Virus record (IMG/VR): IMGVR_UViG_3300044765_000092
Coordinates: 158,679 to 222,678 of that record
Direction: 5' to 3' (one strand)
DNA length: 64,000 nt
Origin: a virus
Taxonomy: Duplodnaviria > Heunggongvirae > Uroviricota > Caudoviricetes
The position numbers and the translations under genes are program-made. This document shows positions 62,075 through 64,000 of this stretch, piece by piece (the first letter of the stretch is position 1; every line of letters starts with the position of its first letter). A model generated the notes under the pieces. That model did no database searches. It was given only the letters and a program-made list of their open reading frames with translations, and was not told the DNA's origin.

Positions 62075-64000
62075 ATGGCTGACAAGAAACCTGTCCCAAA
62101 GCCAAAGAAGGAACCACAACCTGGGAAGTTTGTAGACCCACTGAAGGAATGGGAAGGCGAAGAAAAGGAAGACGCTGCCGAGTCTCGAAATAGGTTGCGC
62201 AAGGCCCAGGACAAGATTACGTCTTCGTCCGACGAACTTGCGCGACTGATGCGTGAAGTCAACAAGCCAGGCATTTCACACAGCGAGCGTATGCTCTATC
62301 TGAAGTGGATTGCCGAGGCTAAGTCGAAGAAACGCGATTCGGAAGCCGAGGTCAAGAAGACCGTCGCTGAGCTGGCTAGTGGTCAACACCTGCAACAACA
62401 GGCAAAACTGCGAGCCGTTGCACTCACTGAGTTCCTGAAACAACAAGACAAGAAGCTGGGGGCTGCTCAAAAGCAATCGCTGAAGGAACTGCAGAGCAAG
62501 CTCGATCAAATGATGTCGGCAAAACTGACATCTAAGAACCATCGGCAAGTATCGGATCTTGTCGATGAGATCGAGACTCTGGTACAGATCCTGCCAGACA
62601 AGCTGCAGAAGACGTTTGCCGAACGTGATCGTCGATTGGATGAACTGCTGGAACACCAGGAAGCAGCTCGCAAGCTGCTTCTTGAACAACGGCAGGCAAT
62701 GGTTGACTTCACCAAGCGAGTGGGCATTGGCCTATTCAAGAACACGATTGGTCGTGTTGGGGTCGGTGAATTCAACATCAACAATCTGGTTCGGCTCGGA
62801 GTTGGCGGCTACAGGGCGGGTAAAGCCGCGTATTCAGCTGTCAAGCAGGCCAGGGACGCGCTGATACAGCGGCGTGACGCCAAGCGCGTATTGGCCGCTG
62901 TATCTCGTGGTCAGGCTTCGGTGGGCCAAGCCTCACCGTTGATAAAACAGAACGCAGTTGTCACTGATGAGGCTGTGCCAAAGAACCTTGTTGGTTCAGC
63001 CCAGATTCTTCAGTTTCCTGGTCAACATCGTGGTGGCGCTGCCAACGACGACAAGACGCCGAGCCGCTCGATCAAGACTTACGTGGCAGAGACCCACAAT
63101 TTCCGCATCCGGTTGCTGCGCAGTATCGAAGACCAGACCAAGAAGATCAAGGAAGGTGCGGCTGATGCCGGCGCTGGTCTGTTAGCTGGACTAAGTGGAC
63201 TGCTCGAAAGTCTGAGCACCAAGGTACTTGGCGGTTTCAAGTCCGTAGTCAAGGACTTGCTGATTGGTTCGCTGCCTACTCTGTTGCGTACCGTAATCGG
63301 TGGACTGCTGTCTCCACTAGGTGTAGTGGTCGAAGGTGGGGCTGCTGCCTCGTATTTGGCAGCACAGCAGTTGAAAGACAACCCACAATTGCGTGAGCAA
63401 TACGCGAAGAACGATCCGACTGGAATGCTCAGTGCTCTGAGTGGTGATCAGGGCATTGCCTCATCAATCATTGATCAAGCGCAGGGCAATGCTAGTGTCT
63501 TCAGCCGTAAGACGTGGTCTGATTCGTGGGATAAACTCTCGAATCTGTGGAACGGCCAAGAGTCAATGTCCGACAATATGAAGCGTATCTACGCTCCAGA
63601 GTCGTACGCTAGACTGCAGGCTCAACGCAAGGCCAATGCCCCTGTGCCACTGAGTAAGAGCCAGTCGAAGATGGCTGCTCTGTCGATGGAGTACTTTGCC
63701 AAGACGGGTAAGCAACTGAACCTGGGTGATCAGCTACCGCAAGCCAAGTCTGTTTCGCTGCCCGGTGCATCTCTGGGTGACGTAGGATCGAACAACGTAT
63801 CACAGGCAGATCAAGTCACTGAGCTCAAGCGACTGGGTCTGCTCGACAAGTACGGAATGGACGCTTCGGTCAGTGGCGGTAAACTCTCGTTGCGTGATCG
63901 CTCAGACTATCCGTCGGCACAACCTGTAGCCACCTCGACCGTTCCAGTGGCGAATGCTACGACCCTACCTGTCGATACGACAGACAAGGCTCCGTCAGCT
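62075..64000 (+). CDS. tail tape-measure protein, C-terminally truncated by the window end
   Basis: ATG at 62075 after TAGGAGAG. The frame stays open to 64000. It has a long coiled-coil N-terminus, a Gly/Ala-rich hydrophobic segment (GAADAGAGLLAGLSGLLESL...) and Q/A/S-rich repeats typical of tape-measure proteins. Confidence 0.6.
   Translation, partial: MADKKPVPKPKKEPQPGKFVDPLKEWEGEEKEDAAESRNRLRKAQDKITSSSDELARLMREVNKPGISHSERMLYLKWIAEAKSKKRDSEAEVKKTVAELASGQHLQQQAKLRAVALTEFLKQQDKKLGAAQKQSLKELQSKLDQMMSAKLTSKNHRQVSDLVDEIETLVQILPDKLQKTFAERDRRLDELLEHQEAARKLLLEQRQAMVDFTKRVGIGLFKNTIGRVGVGEFNINNLVRLGVGGYRAGKAAYSAVKQARDALIQRRDAKRVLAAVSRGQASVGQASPLIKQNAVVTDEAVPKNLVGSAQILQFPGQHRGGAANDDKTPSRSIKTYVAETHNFRIRLLRSIEDQTKKIKEGAADAGAGLLAGLSGLLESLSTKVLGGFKSVVKDLLIGSLPTLLRTVIGGLLSPLGVVVEGGAAASYLAAQQLKDNPQLREQYAKNDPTGMLSALSGDQGIASSIIDQAQGNASVFSRKTWSDSWDKLSNLWNGQESMSDNMKRIYAPESYARLQAQRKANAPVPLSKSQSKMAALSMEYFAKTGKQLNLGDQLPQAKSVSLPGASLGDVGSNNVSQADQVTELKRLGLLDKYGMDASVSGGKLSLRDRSDYPSAQPVATSTVPVANATTLPVDTTDKAPSA

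Noticed and set aside
1-64000. CRISPR arrays, integrase, transposase, terminase or portal genes
   Set aside because: No spaced direct-repeat arrays and none of the signature motifs of these proteins were seen. The packaging genes must lie outside this window.

Overview
This 64-kb window is GC-rich and reads as part of a tailed dsDNA bacteriophage genome. The right end carries a tail sheath, tail tube and tape-measure protein, which indicates a contractile-tailed (myovirus-type) phage. Genes are tightly packed, with many ATGA or 4-nt stop/start overlaps.

The window has two divergent arms that meet in a 0.5-kb AT-richer switch region at 41.0-41.5 kb.

Left arm (1-41 kb), all minus-strand:
- Roughly 80 ORFs, mostly small and of unknown function.
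- An RtcB RNA ligase very similar to E. coli RtcB, a DEDDh 3'-5' exonuclease, an AAA+ ATPase, an SPFH/prohibitin protein, two HAD hydrolases (one NT5C-like deoxyribonucleotidase) and a P-loop kinase-like protein.
- A 356-aa protein whose C-terminus is a genuine acyl-carrier-protein domain.
- Secreted, Tat-signal, lipoprotein and PEP-CTERM-like proteins.
- Six canonical tRNA genes with encoded CCA: CAT, Val, Pro, Ser, Thr and a second CAT.
- A 0.65-kb tRNA-like cluster at 16.8-17.5 kb that contains what reads as a circularly permuted tRNA gene, with its 3' half encoded upstream of its own 5' half.

Right arm (41.5-64 kb), all plus-strand:
- Two Pol-beta-fold nucleotidyltransferase-like proteins and a calcineurin-like phosphoesterase.
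- Many small ORFs, including Zn-ribbon and Cys-rich peptides.
- A late structural operon bounded by clean intrinsic terminators: an acidic scaffold-like protein, capsid-like proteins, tail sheath, tail tube paralogs and a tape-measure protein cut off by the window end.

A 10-bp motif, TCATTTACAG (CTGTAAATGA in gene sense), recurs nine times in intergenic or stop-overlapping positions of the left arm only. It is often followed by a perfect GC-rich hairpin and is probably a phage-specific promoter or processing signal. Two copies of a TGTAACA-N3-TGTAACA direct repeat sit next to a TTTTGCGG box just downstream of terminators.

No CRISPR array, integrase, terminase or portal gene is recognisable in this window. 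All functional calls are from motif recognition by eye, with no database searches.
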